Assembly: GCA_002269645.1 (NCBI GenBank)
Contig: NIVC01000140.1
Coordinates: 62,001 to 126,000, forward strand
Direction of reading: 5' to 3'
DNA: 64,000 nt
From: Macrostomum lignano
Taxonomy: Eukaryota
The notes below the pieces were generated by a model. The model was not told the DNA's origin. It worked only from the letters and a program-made list of their open reading frames with translations, and searched no databases. Below are positions 21,859-35,746 of this stretch, piece by piece. The translations under genes were made by a program, and so were the position numbers. Positions within the stretch are counted from its first letter, which is position 1. Each line of letters begins with the position of its first letter.

Positions 21859-23567
21859 AGTCTAGATAATTGCACAAAGCAAGCATAGGCTTTCTCGTGT
21901 ATAATTCCATCTTGCCATCACTCCAGACACCACGAAGTATCACACTTATCAGAGTTTAGATTATTTATTAATCCCCATGTGCCCCTCATATCCAAATGAT
22001 CCCAAAATGATCCAAACCTGCATTTAGGGACATTGCTTACCTCTCGGCCACCTTGCAGCATCTTGCCGCTGGATAGCTGGCATGAATAGTGCAGGATCCC
22101 TAAGCCAGAATTGCAGAAATTCACATCTCCTTCGTCACGGCTTGGAGTTCTTGAGTTCTCTCGAGTAGCTTCTTTAATCCTCTCTAGAAGCAGCACGAGC
22201 CGGTCCTGCCTGCACTTTTGCTGGAGGGCAGCTGGCAAAAGGCGTCCCCAGCGCCCAGAGCCGTCAGCATCATTACCTTTTCATCATCAGCCAGCGTGCA
22301 TCTGCGATGGCAATTGAATTATTAAACGATAATTAATTTCTTGTGCAGCCCTGAAAAATTAAGGAATCTCCGAGGCCTTCATCCCTCAATTCGGCCCTCG
22401 CTTTCGCTGTCGCTCAGTCTTCTGGTTCTCAACTAATTTTGAGACTGAAGGGGCGGACGAAGTGGGGAAAGGTCGCCCGAGGACATTGCTGGTCCTGTCA
22501 GGAGAGCAAATTGCTCCGCCTTCCAACACGAGCCGCGGGCCGATGAGCTGCAGTGCGATCTGCAGTGCGGGCCGGCAGCTCTGCAGGGGGTCTGCAGTGA
22601 GGCGGCGGTTCCGTCCCCACACTCTAATTTTGCAAGAACACGCAGTTGCGGTGTTGCGCAATCGGACACCGGTGCCTGAGCGGTGAAAATTAAAAAGCGG
22701 ACACAGGCCACCGCCTCAATTATGAGAAGGAGCGGAGCGGTTTGCAAACAAAGGCGGTCTGCTTCAAAAGCCTGCAGTTCGGCTTCTGCGCACCCCTTGC
22801 ACCACAGCTGCAGCTTCACAAGCCTGGTAAGAGCTTGGTAAGTTTTACACAAACCTGAGAGCATGCTGAGGAGCATTGCAGTGATTGCAGTGATGTAATA
22901 CAAGCATAGGACTATTCTACAAGCAGATGCTGAGGCTGTCAATAGTGTTCTCAAGTCAGGTGCATTGCTTTAAGCAAACCATCACTTTCTTTGTCATCCT
23001 TTCATAATACAATATTTTTTACTCTAACAAGTTCCTCTGTTGAGAACAGAAGTCGAACAGAAAAGGAGCTGTTTGTCCGCTACTGCGCTAATTCATTGAG
23101 CCCTCAAAGAGCAAACTAAATGAAGCGACCCGGACTGCTCAGCTGAGAAGCGCAGTGCTCACCGGTGGAAGTCCCGATCGCTCATTTGCCTAAATAATTC
23201 ATGGGCAAATTAGGGAGCCCTCATCCTCTCTGATTCAAAGCGGCAGCTGCTCCAGATCCAGAGCGGGTGGGAGCAGGGACTGAGTACAGTTCTCAGTGGG
23301 AGAACTGCAGTTCCGGAGTGACAGCCGCAGCAATAGTTTTCAAGTGGGCAGCAGAGGCCCGGGCTGAACGGTTCTCAAGGAAACCAACAAGTGGCAGCAG
23401 TGAAAGTGCCAGGCCCAGCATGCTGCACCACCTTCCCACCTTCCTTCCATAGCCCAGGATAATGGTGCTGGTGAGTGGCGGCGATGCGGAAGTCAGCATC
23501 CATTGTTCGGTTTTGCAGCAGCAAAAAGTTTAATAAACAGGGCTTTCGAGCCCAACGATAAAAAGCA

Positions 23568-23581
23568 GTTGCCATGGATAG
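23568..23581. promoter_or_regulatory. Candidate RFX X-box
   Basis: GTTGCCATGGATAG, close to the X-box form GTTGCCATGG(C/A)(A/T)AC; motif match only. Confidence 0.3.
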
Positions 23582-24347
23582 GCACTGTGTTAAAACTCAC
23601 TGCGCTGCGGTCCAATATCTCATTAATGCCTTTGCCTAATTTGGAACATCGGGCAAAAAGCCTACGGCTTGGGACATAGACAAAACTCGTCTGTGAACTG
23701 CGCGAATGTGAATGCAGCCAAGTTGCTCTGCGATTTGCTCGCTTCGGTGCACGATAGAAATTAAAGCCCCAACTAGTCTCCAGTTGCAATTCATTTGTTT
23801 GGCTTCAGCTAGAAAACTTTCAATCAGCTGCCAGCTTCGGTAAGTAGCCGTCCGCCTTTCTCTGCCTCTGTATATCGAGACCATTCTGAATACTGGCGAG
23901 TATGCATAAACAAGCAATGCATAACTCGCGCATACGCTGGTGCGAGTATAATTAATGAGCATTGTAGCGGGTTGGTAGGGATGGCAAGCCGCGCCAACGC
24001 GATACACACTGTGTTAGCGCATCGCCTGTAACCGATCGGTCTCTGGCTGTGATTTGCGAAACTTGTAGCGGCTGCGCTGTGCAGCAGCCCTCACTGAGCG
24101 CCCGTCTCGCCAGTGACTGACTAGTGACTGACTAGTGACTATTCAGCCTAATGCTTCTTTATCAGCCACAGCGGAACCGGTGGTAAACAAAATCCGCGGG
24201 GGCCGCTCTGCGCTAGCGGCACTGCCTGGCACCCACTCGCTATTCCTGCCTTCCAGGTGGCCCTATACTAACTGAAAACTGCCTCCTTGACTTGCCATTT
24301 TCGCTCCGTTTATCCCTATTGGAAAAACAAATCCGCTGCGCCTGCTA

Positions 24348-24361
24348 GTTGCTATGACAAC
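24348..24361. promoter_or_regulatory. Candidate RFX X-box
   Basis: GTTGCTATGACAAC near-palindrome; an inverted CCAAT (ATTGG) lies about 30 bp upstream. Motif match only. Confidence 0.35.
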
Positions 24362-27300
24362 CTAGTAAGGCAGGTGAAAATACCAGCGTATCACTGTACC
24401 GATGCAAGGCAGATGAAGGAGATCGGCCCCAGCTGGCCGCCCTAGGGATCCCTGTGGGGATCAGCATTAGATAATTCCAGGCTTCAGAAGGATCTGCAAT
24501 CTGCAGAGCTAAGATATCATGCCATTGTCCCTAGCCATGACTTAGCCGTGATTGTGTTATTAGGGGATGCAGCCTGCTTGAACTGTGGGAGGTCAGCAGC
24601 TCTCATTTCCCACCACAAACTCATTTTTCCTGTTTGCCATTGATTGACATTTGCTATAGATGGGATCGTGGGTTTACCGTGTGCTCTGGCAAAGAATTCA
24701 CTGCAGTCTTTGTTCCACAAACTATATTTAATCAGATCGATATCTCTATTATGCATAGCGACTGTTTGAGATAACCCTCACAGCAAGACTGGAATCGAAA
24801 TGCAACTCGGAGTCAGCGCTCGTGTCCCCGAGCATCCCAGCAACCAGGGGCGGAGAGCGAAGGTGGGGATCACACTGGATTGGCACAGCTGGAAGGCCCC
24901 AACATTGGCAGGCAGATTGCGTAATTTGACTGGAGGAATTCCATCGGGCGCGGGCATCCAAATGACTCGGCAATCTGCAGCCAGGTGGGAATCTGCCAAT
25001 CCTGCATTGACTGAGCGGGCCCGGGCCTGCAGCTCCCCCGCTGTTTAATTGCTCGGTATTAATGACGCTGCGATTCCAGCGAGCTGCGGCCCTCTCTCAG
25101 TCGCTAAATCTCCACTTTGCAGCTCTCTCCGCCTCGCTCTCTTCACTGGCCAGGCCGCTTGCTATTGGCTACCTGGGTGGCCAGCCAAGTGAGAGTAAGG
25201 AGAGAAGCGGGCTGGATGGCTTCCCCAGTATAATAAGTGAATGGGGCGCCCTTCTGTCTATTGCAGCCCTGCGTGAAGGAATCGGGACGAAATCCCCCGC
25301 CACTAGCCAAAAACAAGGCCGCCGCCCCGCCCTCAGGCCTCGCAGCTCGAAGCTCTGGGCAGAGTGAAATCGGAGCAATCGAAACCAAACAGTCTCCAGC
25401 TTTTCTATTTAATTATCCCGGTATCCCCTTTTCCCAGACTCGCATCGGACTCTCTTGCCTACCCAGCTCTGCGATGGCGAGCTCCCGCTAATCCGCCAGC
25501 GGCCACTCGGAAGGAAAGCCAGTAAAACTTTTCTACGTGGACTTCGCGTTTCCAGAGCTGCTCTTCATTCTGAAAACCGATGCGCAGGTAAGTGGGCCGA
25601 ACCTGTCTTTGTCTGTCGCATCTGCGCTGGGATCTCAGGAGCCCCGTGAGGGACAGGCTGCCCTGCTGCTGATAAATTTGGTGCCAAGAATTTCGACAGG
25701 CCCCTCTGTCACTGCTGGCCTTTCTTCTTCACTGCCCAATTTCCGTTGCCTGATCCAGTTTCTTAACTAACTCTGTGCGTCGGTCCTGACACACTCTTCA
25801 TCCTTCTGCAGCTCCGATCAGCGAAGCCGAACCGACAGATCCCAGCGACCCGCCCGTCTCCCCAAATTGTCCCCGAACGAGACGCTAAACAGCTGCTTTG
25901 GCAGCCTTGCATTTCCAGCTGGGTGAGCGCTCGGTCCCCTGGCCGTTCAGTCCCAGTTTCCCCTCTCCAACAGCCTTCAAACGCACCGACAGCCTGCTGC
26001 AGCCTGTCCTTCTACGGAATCTCCAGTTTCGCACAGTTCAAAACGGGCTCGCATTCAGGCGTTCGCTCCTGTCTTTCAACTGTGCCAGCTGCAAAGTAGC
26101 AGTTGAGACGTTAGCGCATTCATCTTTCAATACTTTTTGGATAGGCTTCCTTTCGCTTGCTCACCCTGACAGTGCAATAGAGAGTCCGTAGCAGCTTTGC
26201 TCACGAAGCATAGAAGCTTGGAATACGAGGGCATTGGAGGAAGGGGCGGAAGGTCTTAAGGGCAGGAGCCAGGTGCGAAACTCTGGATGTGTTGATGAGA
26301 GGTCGAAGCTGAGAGGGTCATTGGGTAAAAGTTGGCAGAGAGCATTGTGTAGATTTGCTGGTAAGAATCGAATGAGACATTGTGTTGTGAAGGGCATTTG
26401 AGGCTGTCAAGAAATCGATTCTGCCTCTGCTAAAAAATTGACTGTGAAAGAATTGAGAGCTAAGATGAGGAATTGCCGAAGCAGATGCGGAATTTAGAGC
26501 CGGAGCAGAGAGAAGTTCAGGCTTTTTCAATGGGCTGAGCAACAGTCACGGGACCCCGCTCTCTCCCTATGCGGAGGGTAGACGATGCCGAGCCAAAATC
26601 TGCTGCCCCAACCCGAATGCCGGTGCCCCAAGGAGAAATTTATTGTGCCACCGGCCCCCGGCTTCAGCTGGCACAGCCAGTAAGGTTGGAAAGGGAAGTG
26701 TGAAAAGCACCCGACAGGTTTATGGCCTGCTGACTCCTGCGGTCCCCCCTCCGGTCGCCTCGGAAGCAGCAAATAAATCCAGTCTATCCTGCGCACAGCG
26801 GGCCCGCCTCATCAAGGTCTGGGCCGAGGATGCTCGGGGTTTCCGCATCGCTTGAGCTCGACTCCCGAACTCTGCGTTATGCGGCTGCGCGACCGGAGCC
26901 TCTGGGTCTGTAGCCACCGCTGTAATCGATGAGTGCAGGGAGAAGCAGCGCTGCGAATTGCCGGCCATCGCTGGAGACAAAGGGAGACATTTTCGCGGGG
27001 CGATTTAGCGCCAATCAGGCAGGAAGAGTCTCACCTGCGTGCTGCTTGCTTGTCTGTTGAGGTTGCCAAAACAAGGAGGGGAAGAGGGTATGATGAGATT
27101 CTGCACAGTGGGCTCAGGAGAAAAATCCCTTTGATCGCCCGTCCCGGCTCTCCGATTTCCTGGCCGAAGCAGGTGAGGCAGCTGCAGCATCTCAGCCTTG
27201 CCGGTCCTCGCGCGCACTTGCGGCCTCAAGAAGGTTGCCGCTTTTTTCCTAATCAGGGCATCGCTCGGTGCGCATTGCGTGTTGCATGTGCGGCGGGATT

Positions 27301-29902
27301 GCGTCCGGGATGGGCACTGCAGTCTCTCGAGCTCTCCATCTTGCCTTTCTCTATGAGCCCCGGCTCTGTTATGCTTAGCCCATTCTAGTCGCTTTTGAGG
27401 GGATTCCAGCTTCTTTCTGTATACAAATCCCTCCTTACCTTTTCTCCACCACAGTCTGGGGAGAAGGGCAGTGCTTTCGACCCTCCCTTCTTCTATCCTC
27501 TGCGCCCACCTCAACCAGCTGCTTTCTCGACACTGCCGGGCGCGTGTGCGGATGGGAATCAAAGTTTTCTGTTGTGTCGGCAAACTTTGCTCCCCATGAA
27601 ATGGAGCGCAGAGCGGCCGGGGCTGCAAAGTGGCCTTGTTCTGCCGGTGATTTTGCGGCCTTGAGCTCAGCGGGCATGCCGTGTAGAGCTGGGAAGCAGT
27701 CCAGAGCAAGATTTCTGCCGCTGCCCAGCCGATTCAGCCAGGCTCCAAATGCTCACAACAAGGACAAGATTAATCCCAGGATTAGGCTGCTGCCTCTCAT
27801 TCCGGTGGAAATGTCACATCGGATGCAGGTCAGGAGTCCCTCTTCGTTCCAATGCGGATTTCAGGCTGGCATTTCTGGTGCAGCGGAACGCCAGCGTTAA
27901 TCCCCAGCTGCATATCCCTCATTCCTTCTGCAAGGTGCGCTCGGCAGGGGCTCGCTCGCTCATTTGCCTCCAGTTTTTGCATCGTTTTTTGCTGGAGGCA
28001 TCCGAAACCGAAGGGGGTCTGCGTGGGTCCAGCAGGGCTCGATGAGTCAGCCTGCTGGGATTGCTGGTCGCCGCTGCGCAGCTCCTTCACTCCTTTTGCG
28101 CCGCGCTGCTCCGCGTCTTTGTGGAAGATTTACGAGCGACTCCTGGGACCGGCGCCGGCCCCTCCTACCCGCAGCTCCGCCTCCAACCGATGGAGACTCT
28201 CGAGAGCTCAGCGAGCCGCCAGTTAAGCTGAGAGAAAGAGAAAGATCCCTGACCGTCTGGGATCGCCAACTTGCAATTAGTGGCCAGTCTCATCCAGCAT
28301 CATTTGCTCTCCATCGCTGCACTGGAAACTCGCCGGCGCTTTCAGCAGAGTGACGTGACGCAATCACGCAATCCTGGGGTAGGCCTTGATCGGCCTGTCA
28401 CCCCGCCGTGTCTTCCAGCTTCTTCCTTCCTCCACCTGAAATCCCCTTCATCATTCTTCCACTATTTCACCTTTCTTTCCCACCTTTTTCTTCCAGTCGC
28501 CCGCCTCCACAAGGGTTCACGCTTCTCTGAATGGGAAACGGAGGGAAGAAGAGGCAGCAAGGAACACCTGATCTCCACGGGGAGGTTCTCTCCCTTGCGT
28601 CGCAATCCTTTGTTCCCATTGTGGTCGCAACTGCCTTCATGTTGGTTTTTGGCTGGGGGGTCATCTTCTACAAAGTGTCCGCCTCTCAGGCCAGCGGCTG
28701 CGGCAGATGCGCGGCTTCCGCATCAGAATTGATGATTTCCCGGTCTGCCCAGAGTAGCCTAAAGAGCACAGAGGATTGCCATTGCCAAATAAATCGCCTC
28801 TGGTCTTCTTTCTGGGCAGTGCGTTTTTCCAGCCACTGATTCGACTTTTAAAGTGTCAGGCGGGGTGCTTGCTGGGGCGGTGCATCTGTCAGAAGGTAAC
28901 GCAATCTTGCGCTACCCCCAGTTTAAACTGATATTTTCACTAGCAGGCAGTGTGAGAAGGAGACAGTGAGACTTCTACTCTGGCTGCTGCTGCAGCCGGT
29001 AAGACAGGACTGTGAGCAGTGACACCTCCTCTTACAGCTATCGGAGCTTCAGCTCAAAATTTACCCAGCAGGTGTGGCAGTGATGAGGCAAAGTAGCAAT
29101 GGAGGGATTGGAGCATTATTTGTCCGGCCTTTGCAATTATGGGGCAGCGAAGAAGTTGGGATCGGATTAAGGAATGAAACAGGATTGTGGATTGTTCGGG
29201 GAACAATAAGCTGCTGCTCAGGATCCTGGCAAGCGACATCGTTTAATGAGGTCGAGCGAGGCAGGTGTTCGCTTTTTTAACTTTACATTTTCCTTTTCTG
29301 CCAATCCGACCTACCCAGTCTTTTGCTGTTTGTCCCGGGCAAACATGCGCTCATTCTTGCCGCTCTTTTTCTGTGGGATGTGGATAAAAGGCTTTTTTGT
29401 CTACTCACTCTGCCCGCTCTTCCTTCCTCTCGGGTCCAGCCTCAACACCCCATCAGCTGGGGATGCGCCGGCCCGACTCAAATTGCGCCCCCGAGGATGA
29501 CTAAGAAAATTTATGGCTGGCGTTCACAAAAGCCCCGGTTTTCTTCCGAGGGAGTAAATGCTCCGAACTCGCATCGACACTCCCCACCCCATTGTCTTTG
29601 CCTGCCCTTCAGCCTGCTACATTTATCCCGTCTCCCCATCTTCCCACCGAACCCTGCATAAAAACATTTCCATCGGTCAAGGAAAAAGAGAGCAAATGCC
29701 AGCTCAGCTTTTTTCTTCCTTGGCCTCGCGCTGTTTGAGCGCCGCTTGTGAACAGCAGCTGCCCTGCTGATATCGGCTGCACGGCCTCATTTATCTTCTC
29801 CCACTTCTTCAGCGCTCGCTCCTGCGTCTCACAATTTCCTCTCCGCACAATGTCGCATTCTGCGTTCTTCCTTCTCCATTATATATTCGCACTCATCACG
29901 TC

Positions 29903-31340
29903 TGATCCTACAGAATTCACACCGATCACTGCGTGTTTCACTCTCCGATTCTAAAGAATTCACACCGATCACTGCGTGTTTCACTCTCTGATCCTACAGA
30001 ATTCACACCGATCACTGCGTGTTTCACTCTCCGATTCTACAGAATTCACACCGATCACTGCGTGTTTCACTCTCCAATTCTACAGAATTCACACCGATCA
30101 CTGCGTGTTTCACTCTCCGATTCTACAGAATTCACACCGATCACTGCGTGTTTCACTCTCTGATCCTACAGAATTCACACCGATCACTGCGTGTTTCACT
30201 CTCCAATTCTACAGAATTCACACCGATCACTGCGTGTTTCACTCTCTGATCCTACAGAATTCACACCGATCACTGCGTGTTTCACTCTCCAATTCTACAG
30301 AATTCACACCGATCACTGCGTGTTTCACTCTCCAATTCTACAGAATTCACACCGATCACTGCGTGTTTCACTCTCTGATCCTACAGAATTCTCACCGATC
30401 ACTGCGTGTTTCACTCTCTGATCCTACAGAATTCTCACCGATCACTGCGTGTTTCACTCTCTGATCCTACAGAATTCTCACCGATCACTGCGTGTTTCAC
30501 TCTCTGATCCTACAGAATTCTCACCGATCACTGCGTGTTTCACTCTCTGATCCTACAGAATTCACACCGATCACTGCGTGTTTCACTCTCCAATTCTACA
30601 GAATTCACACCGATCTCTGCGTGTTTCACTCTCCGATTCTACAGAATTCACACCGATCTCTGCGTGTTTCACTCTCTGATTCTAAAGAATTCACTCCGAT
30701 CTCTGCGTGTTTCACTCTCCGATTCTACAGAATTCACACCGATCTCTGCGTGTTTCACTCTCCGATTCTACAGAATTCACACCGATCACTGCGTGTTTCA
30801 CTCTCCAATTCTACAGAATTCACACCGATCTCTGCGTGTTTCACTCTCCGATTCTACAGAATTCACACCGATCACTGCGTGTTTCACTCTCCAATTCTAC
30901 AGAATTCACACCGATCTCTGCGTGTTTCACTCTCCGATTCTACAGAATTCACACCGATCCCTGCGTGTTTCACTCTCGGAATTTGCAGAATTCACACCGA
31001 TCCCTGCGTGTTTCACTCTCGGAATTTGCAGAATTCACACCGATCCCTGCGTGTTTCACTCTCGGAATTTGCAGAATTCACACCGATCCCTGTGTGTTTC
31101 ACTCTCCGATTCTACAGAATTCACACCGATCCCTGCGTGTTTCACTCTCGGAATTTGCAGAATTCACACCGATCCCTGCGTGTTTCACTCTCGGAATTTG
31201 CAGAATTCACACCGATCCCTGCGTGTTTCACTCTCGGAATTTGCAGAATTCACACCGATCCCTGTGTGTTTCACTCTCCGATTCTAAAGAATTCACACCG
31301 ATCCCTGCGTGTCTCACTCTCTTATCCTACAGAATTCACT
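29903..31340. repeat. 43-bp minisatellite, about 33 copies, upstream of the protocadherin coding exon
   Basis: Unit TACAGAATTCACACCGATCACTGCGTGTTTCACTCTCCGATTC with position-dependent variants. Confidence 0.97.
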
Positions 31341-32844
31341 GTGTGCCTCACCTCGGACTTTGCAGAAGTCACATTGGTCTCAGTTTATCCTTCCCATAGT
31401 TTGCCTTATTCTGCCTCATCCTGTCAGCTGGTCTCCGGGCATCCATCTTTCAAGTACTCTTTCTGTATCGACTATTTTTGCGCCTTGTCCCGAGTTCGAA
31501 AATGAGTTCGGTAAACTGCGCGGGTTCGGCAGCTGGAGGGGAGGCTGGTTAGTGACAGGAAATGAGGGCGCAGCTTTCAAAGAAAAGGACAAAAGGAGCC
31601 AGCCCGCACAGCAGGCGAGGGCGACATTAAGGAAGGAAATGAGAGAAAAGAAGACGCAGTGAAGCAGAAGATTTAGAGCAAGCGTAAAAAATCAGAGATG
31701 CTGAAGGGTGCGAAGAATCGGCGCAGGAAATGGAGGGGAGATTTCTGCCCCTATCAGCGTCGCTGAGAATCGGAGCCAAGGGCAGTCCCGCCAGGCGATT
31801 TTGTGGATGCCGGAGTCGCTATAAAGGATGGCGCAAAGTGTGAATTTCCTATTAGGGACCCAGCGAGCCGGTGCGATCGACTCTGAAGTCCAGAAATTGA
31901 TCGGCTCAGGGCTCCGGAGGGCATTAAAATTTCAGCGGCCTCTCAGACGCGCTGCTCTCTCTCTCTGGGGTAATTATTTTTTTCCTGGTCGGTTGCGCAA
32001 TTAAGGAGGGGCTAAAAGCAGCTTTGAAAGAAAGATTTTGAACGCGCGGCACTCTGACCACCCTGAATTATTCGAGTTCAAAATTCCTGTCCACCGAGGT
32101 CTTTGTTCCTTTTGGAATTTCCCCAGCTTCGAGTCCCCGGAAGTCTAGCTGGATGGCTGCTGGTCTCCATCCGGATCTCATGCTTCCGACAAAACTCCTG
32201 GCTGAGGCGGGAGGTGGCGGGGCTGGCCGGGCCAGGAGCTCAAGTAGGCCAGGCGCACCATGTTGATACACAGCAACGCCCGGCCCTGCCTCAGCCATCA
32301 GCGCTGCTGCTACTTAAATCTGCTATCCAGCTACTGCAAAGCCCTGCCTTGATTAAAATTAGGAAAGTAGCTGGCTCAGTGGACTTCAATGCTGAGCAGC
32401 GGGAGAGAGTAGGGACAGCGGACAGGAAGGAATTCGCAGTGAATTGCCACTTTTCTGCTTTGCACTTGAGGCAGAACAGGAGAGCTGGGGACCCTTGCTG
32501 AGTTGAGAGCGCCAGGCCTTTCTCAGAGTGACAGGAGCTGGCTGGGAAGTCAGGAAAAGCCTGTGCTAGCAAAAGCAAAACTTCAAACCTTAGATTCTCC
32601 TGCTCAAATGAGATTATCGCCAGAGTTTCTTGAGCTTTTTGGCAAAATAAGCTGTTTAGCAAAATATTTAGCACTTCTTTGATGAGGTTGCATGGTAAGC
32701 TCCAGCAGCTTCGGCACGCTCGCCAGGGCTCAGCCGGCAGCTGGGCGGAACTGATTGATGGATCGCCTGCCAAGCTGGGGGTTTTCACAGCCAGACTTTA
32801 GCTAATTCTTTTTTCTTTTTGATTTTGCTTTCAGGCCAATCGCG

Positions 32845-34953
32845 ATGCACCTTGGAGCCCAGTGGACTCTCTGCCTGTTCTCACTATCCCTGATGCTCGC
32901 GGTTGCAGCTGCAGTCGTAACAGAAGCTGCCTGCCAATTCTCGGTTGACGAGGGTATTCCGAAAGGAGCGTCCATCGACAACTCAAACCTGTACGACGTG
33001 TGCTTCAGCGGCCTGAGCTGGCAAGAGGGTGACTTGTTGAATCTGCGGCTTTCCCCCCCGAGGAATCAGAGCCTCAACTTGCTGACGGTCACAGAGGACG
33101 GTCGCAGCTTGAAAGTCGATTCCGACATCGACCGCGAGGACCCACGATTGGGCTGTCGGTCGCAGTCGCCCTGCAAAGTGCGTTTCGAGGTGGTACTGCG
33201 AAACAAAAAACGGATGGACCGCATGGCGCTGGAGCAGTTCGACCTGCTCATTAGGGATGTCAACGACAACGCGCCGCAGTTTGAAGCCTCAGGCCGCGTT
33301 CTGATGGTTAAGGAAAACTCGGCAAATCAGTGGCTGCAGTTACCGGCCGTCACTGACCTCGATGCTGGCAGGAATGGCCGCACTAACACCATGATCCTGA
33401 GCAGCAGCCACCCGGAGAGAATGCAGGCGGACAAGCTGCTACCGAGCTCCGGTCTCACCCTACAGATTGGACCCGGTCTGGACTATGAGAAATTGCAGAG
33501 CTACAACTTGACATTGCAAGCCTGCGATGAAGGCCTTCAGCCCCATTGCACTACCGCCATCATTGAGGTTCGAGTTCAGGATGAGAATGACAACTGGCCG
33601 CAGTTCGAGCGCTCATTGTACGAGTTTCAGGTGTCTGAGGCTGACTGGCAGCCGGGTGGGCCGACAAAAAGAATCGGCCGAGTCAACGCCTCCGACAAAG
33701 ACTCCGGTGACAACTCGCGCCTCAGGTACTGGTTAGAGGATGGAATGACCAGCTTCCGAGTGGAGCCGGACAGCGGAGACCTGCTGCTGACTGGTCCAGT
33801 GAATGCCGCTGACCAAATGCCACTGGAGCTGAAAGTGTTTGTCACGGACCATGGCCAGCCTCCGCGCCGACAGGAGGCTCGTATAAAAATTTTCGTGACG
33901 GACATAAACGACCACCGCCCAAGCGTCGAGATCATTAACTTCAAGTTTGTCCCGTCTCGCCCAGACCGGCCGATGGTATTGGAGAACGCACAGCCTAGTG
34001 TGGTTGCTTATGCCAAGGTTCGCGACAGCGACCTCGGCGATAACGGCCGTGTCGACTGCCGACTTGGAGTCGGGGCCGACAGGTTTGTCATGAGCAGCAC
34101 CTCGGATGGAAGGTTGTACCAGATTAACACCACGCGGAGATACGACCGAGAGGCCGTGGCCAGCGACCTTTTTGTGATCGTATGCTCGGATCGCGGAACC
34201 CCGCCAATGGCCTCAAATCTCACGGTCATTGTAGAGATCGGAGACCAGAACGAATATTCTCCCGCGTTTAACACCACGGTGTTCTATAGTGAAGTCCGTG
34301 AAGGAGAGCCGGACAGTACGCCCGTAACGCAAGTTGCCGCCTACGATGGCGATGCTACTGCGAATCTGGTCTACTCCTTCAGTGATGAGAGCCAGACCCG
34401 AGGTCGGTTTAAAATCAACGAGCGAACCGGCCTTATCAGCACGCTGCGTACTCTTGACCGCGAAGCCGCTGGCGAGTTTCCATCAGGCTCTACTGCCTAT
34501 TCATTCTCCGTGCAAGTCACAGACGGTCAGCTTTCCGCCACAGCTCAGGTGGAAGTTCGCGTGCTGGACGTCAATGACAACAGCCCCACTGTGAAGGCGC
34601 CACTGCTGCTCGAAATTAACGAAACTTTTGGTGACTTCCGCAAAAACAACGAATTGGTCGGTCAGCTAGCTTACGAGGACCTTGACGATCCAAAAACTTC
34701 GAATGCAATGGCAGAATTCCGCCTTGTTGAAGTCCTCTCGCAACAGCGGTTGAACGCCACCTACCGGGTTGACTCGGAGGGTCGCGTCTGGGTCACTGGT
34801 TTTCTGGACCGGGAGCGGGCGGAACGGCACCTGCTGCTCGTTAGCGTCACAGATTTCGGCAACCCCCAGAGGTCTTCGTCTGCTACCGTAACCGTCAGCC
34901 TGCTAGACCTCAACGACAACCCACCAGTTGTTCGAAAACCCGCACCAAATGAG
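32845..34953 (+). CDS. Protocadherin, large exon: signal peptide + cadherin repeats EC1-EC6
   Basis: Strong acceptor tttgctttcag| at 32834 and ATG 10 nt later. Hydrophobic signal; EC1 with DRE..C-X5-C (CRSQSPC); linkers DVNDNAP, DENDNWP, DINDHRP, DQNEYSP, DVNDNSP, DLNDNPP; donor GAG|gtagga. Confidence 0.95.
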
Positions 34954-35101
34954 GTAGGAAGGGAGAATGCATGAACACAAGCGTCGTTGTATAGAAGATA
35001 GTATCGTTTATAGAGCAATTTGATTGTAGCTGAAGTTTTTGAAGCTTAACTTCATATTAAAAGGAATAAAATCGCCATAACCCTACCCCACACCCACAAA
35101 G

Positions 35102-35746
35102 GTTATTAACATCACGAGTGACCACACACCGGGAGTTCTCGTGCTGCAGATCGAAGCAGAGGACGCCGATCATTGCGGTTTTCCCCAACCGTTGTCGGCC
35201 CGTGACTGCGTGTTGGCGGGCGGCTTCCGCATGCACCTGCAGCAGGCTGGCCCTCAGGAGTTCCAGCTGGACGAGGCAACAGGCTCGCTGCGGGTGCTGA
35301 GCAGCCTGTCACCGGGGCTGCACCAGCTGAAGGTCACTGTGACGGACTCCGGCCTACCCAGACCGCTATCCGACTCCGTCAGCTTTTCCGTGTTCGTCGA
35401 GCGCCGCTCTGATGGTTCTATTTTCGCGCCTGTCTGGGGCCCTTCGTCAAACTGGACTGTGCTCCTGGTTATCGTTGGCGCCTCCAGCTTCATCACGGTT
35501 ATCCTTGTTGTGGCCATCGTGATGCTGACTCGGCGCCAGCCCTGCGTGGTGGGTGGCGGCGCTGGAGGCAGGCGAGGCTACGGAGGATCTAAAGAGCATC
35601 GGCAGCATCAGGCTGCGGGTGGCGGTCATCCTGGAGATGCAGCTGAGTCTATCTACGGCGGGCAGCCAACGATGGACGGGGCGGCCACGTTGACCACATT
35701 TGGACCGACAGGGGACAGTGGACAGCTGGAGATGTCGAGACGGGAG
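35102..35746 (+). CDS. Protocadherin exon: EC7, transmembrane helix, start of cytoplasmic tail
   Basis: cacaaag|GTT phase 0; VLQIEAEDAD...FQLDEATGSLRV...LKVTVTDSG; TM WTVLLVIVGASSFITVILVVAIVML followed by TRR; donor GAG|gtgagt. Confidence 0.9.

Noticed and set aside
29933-31505. Overlapping ORFs up to 337 aa
   Set aside because: Products of the 43-bp array cycling through frames.
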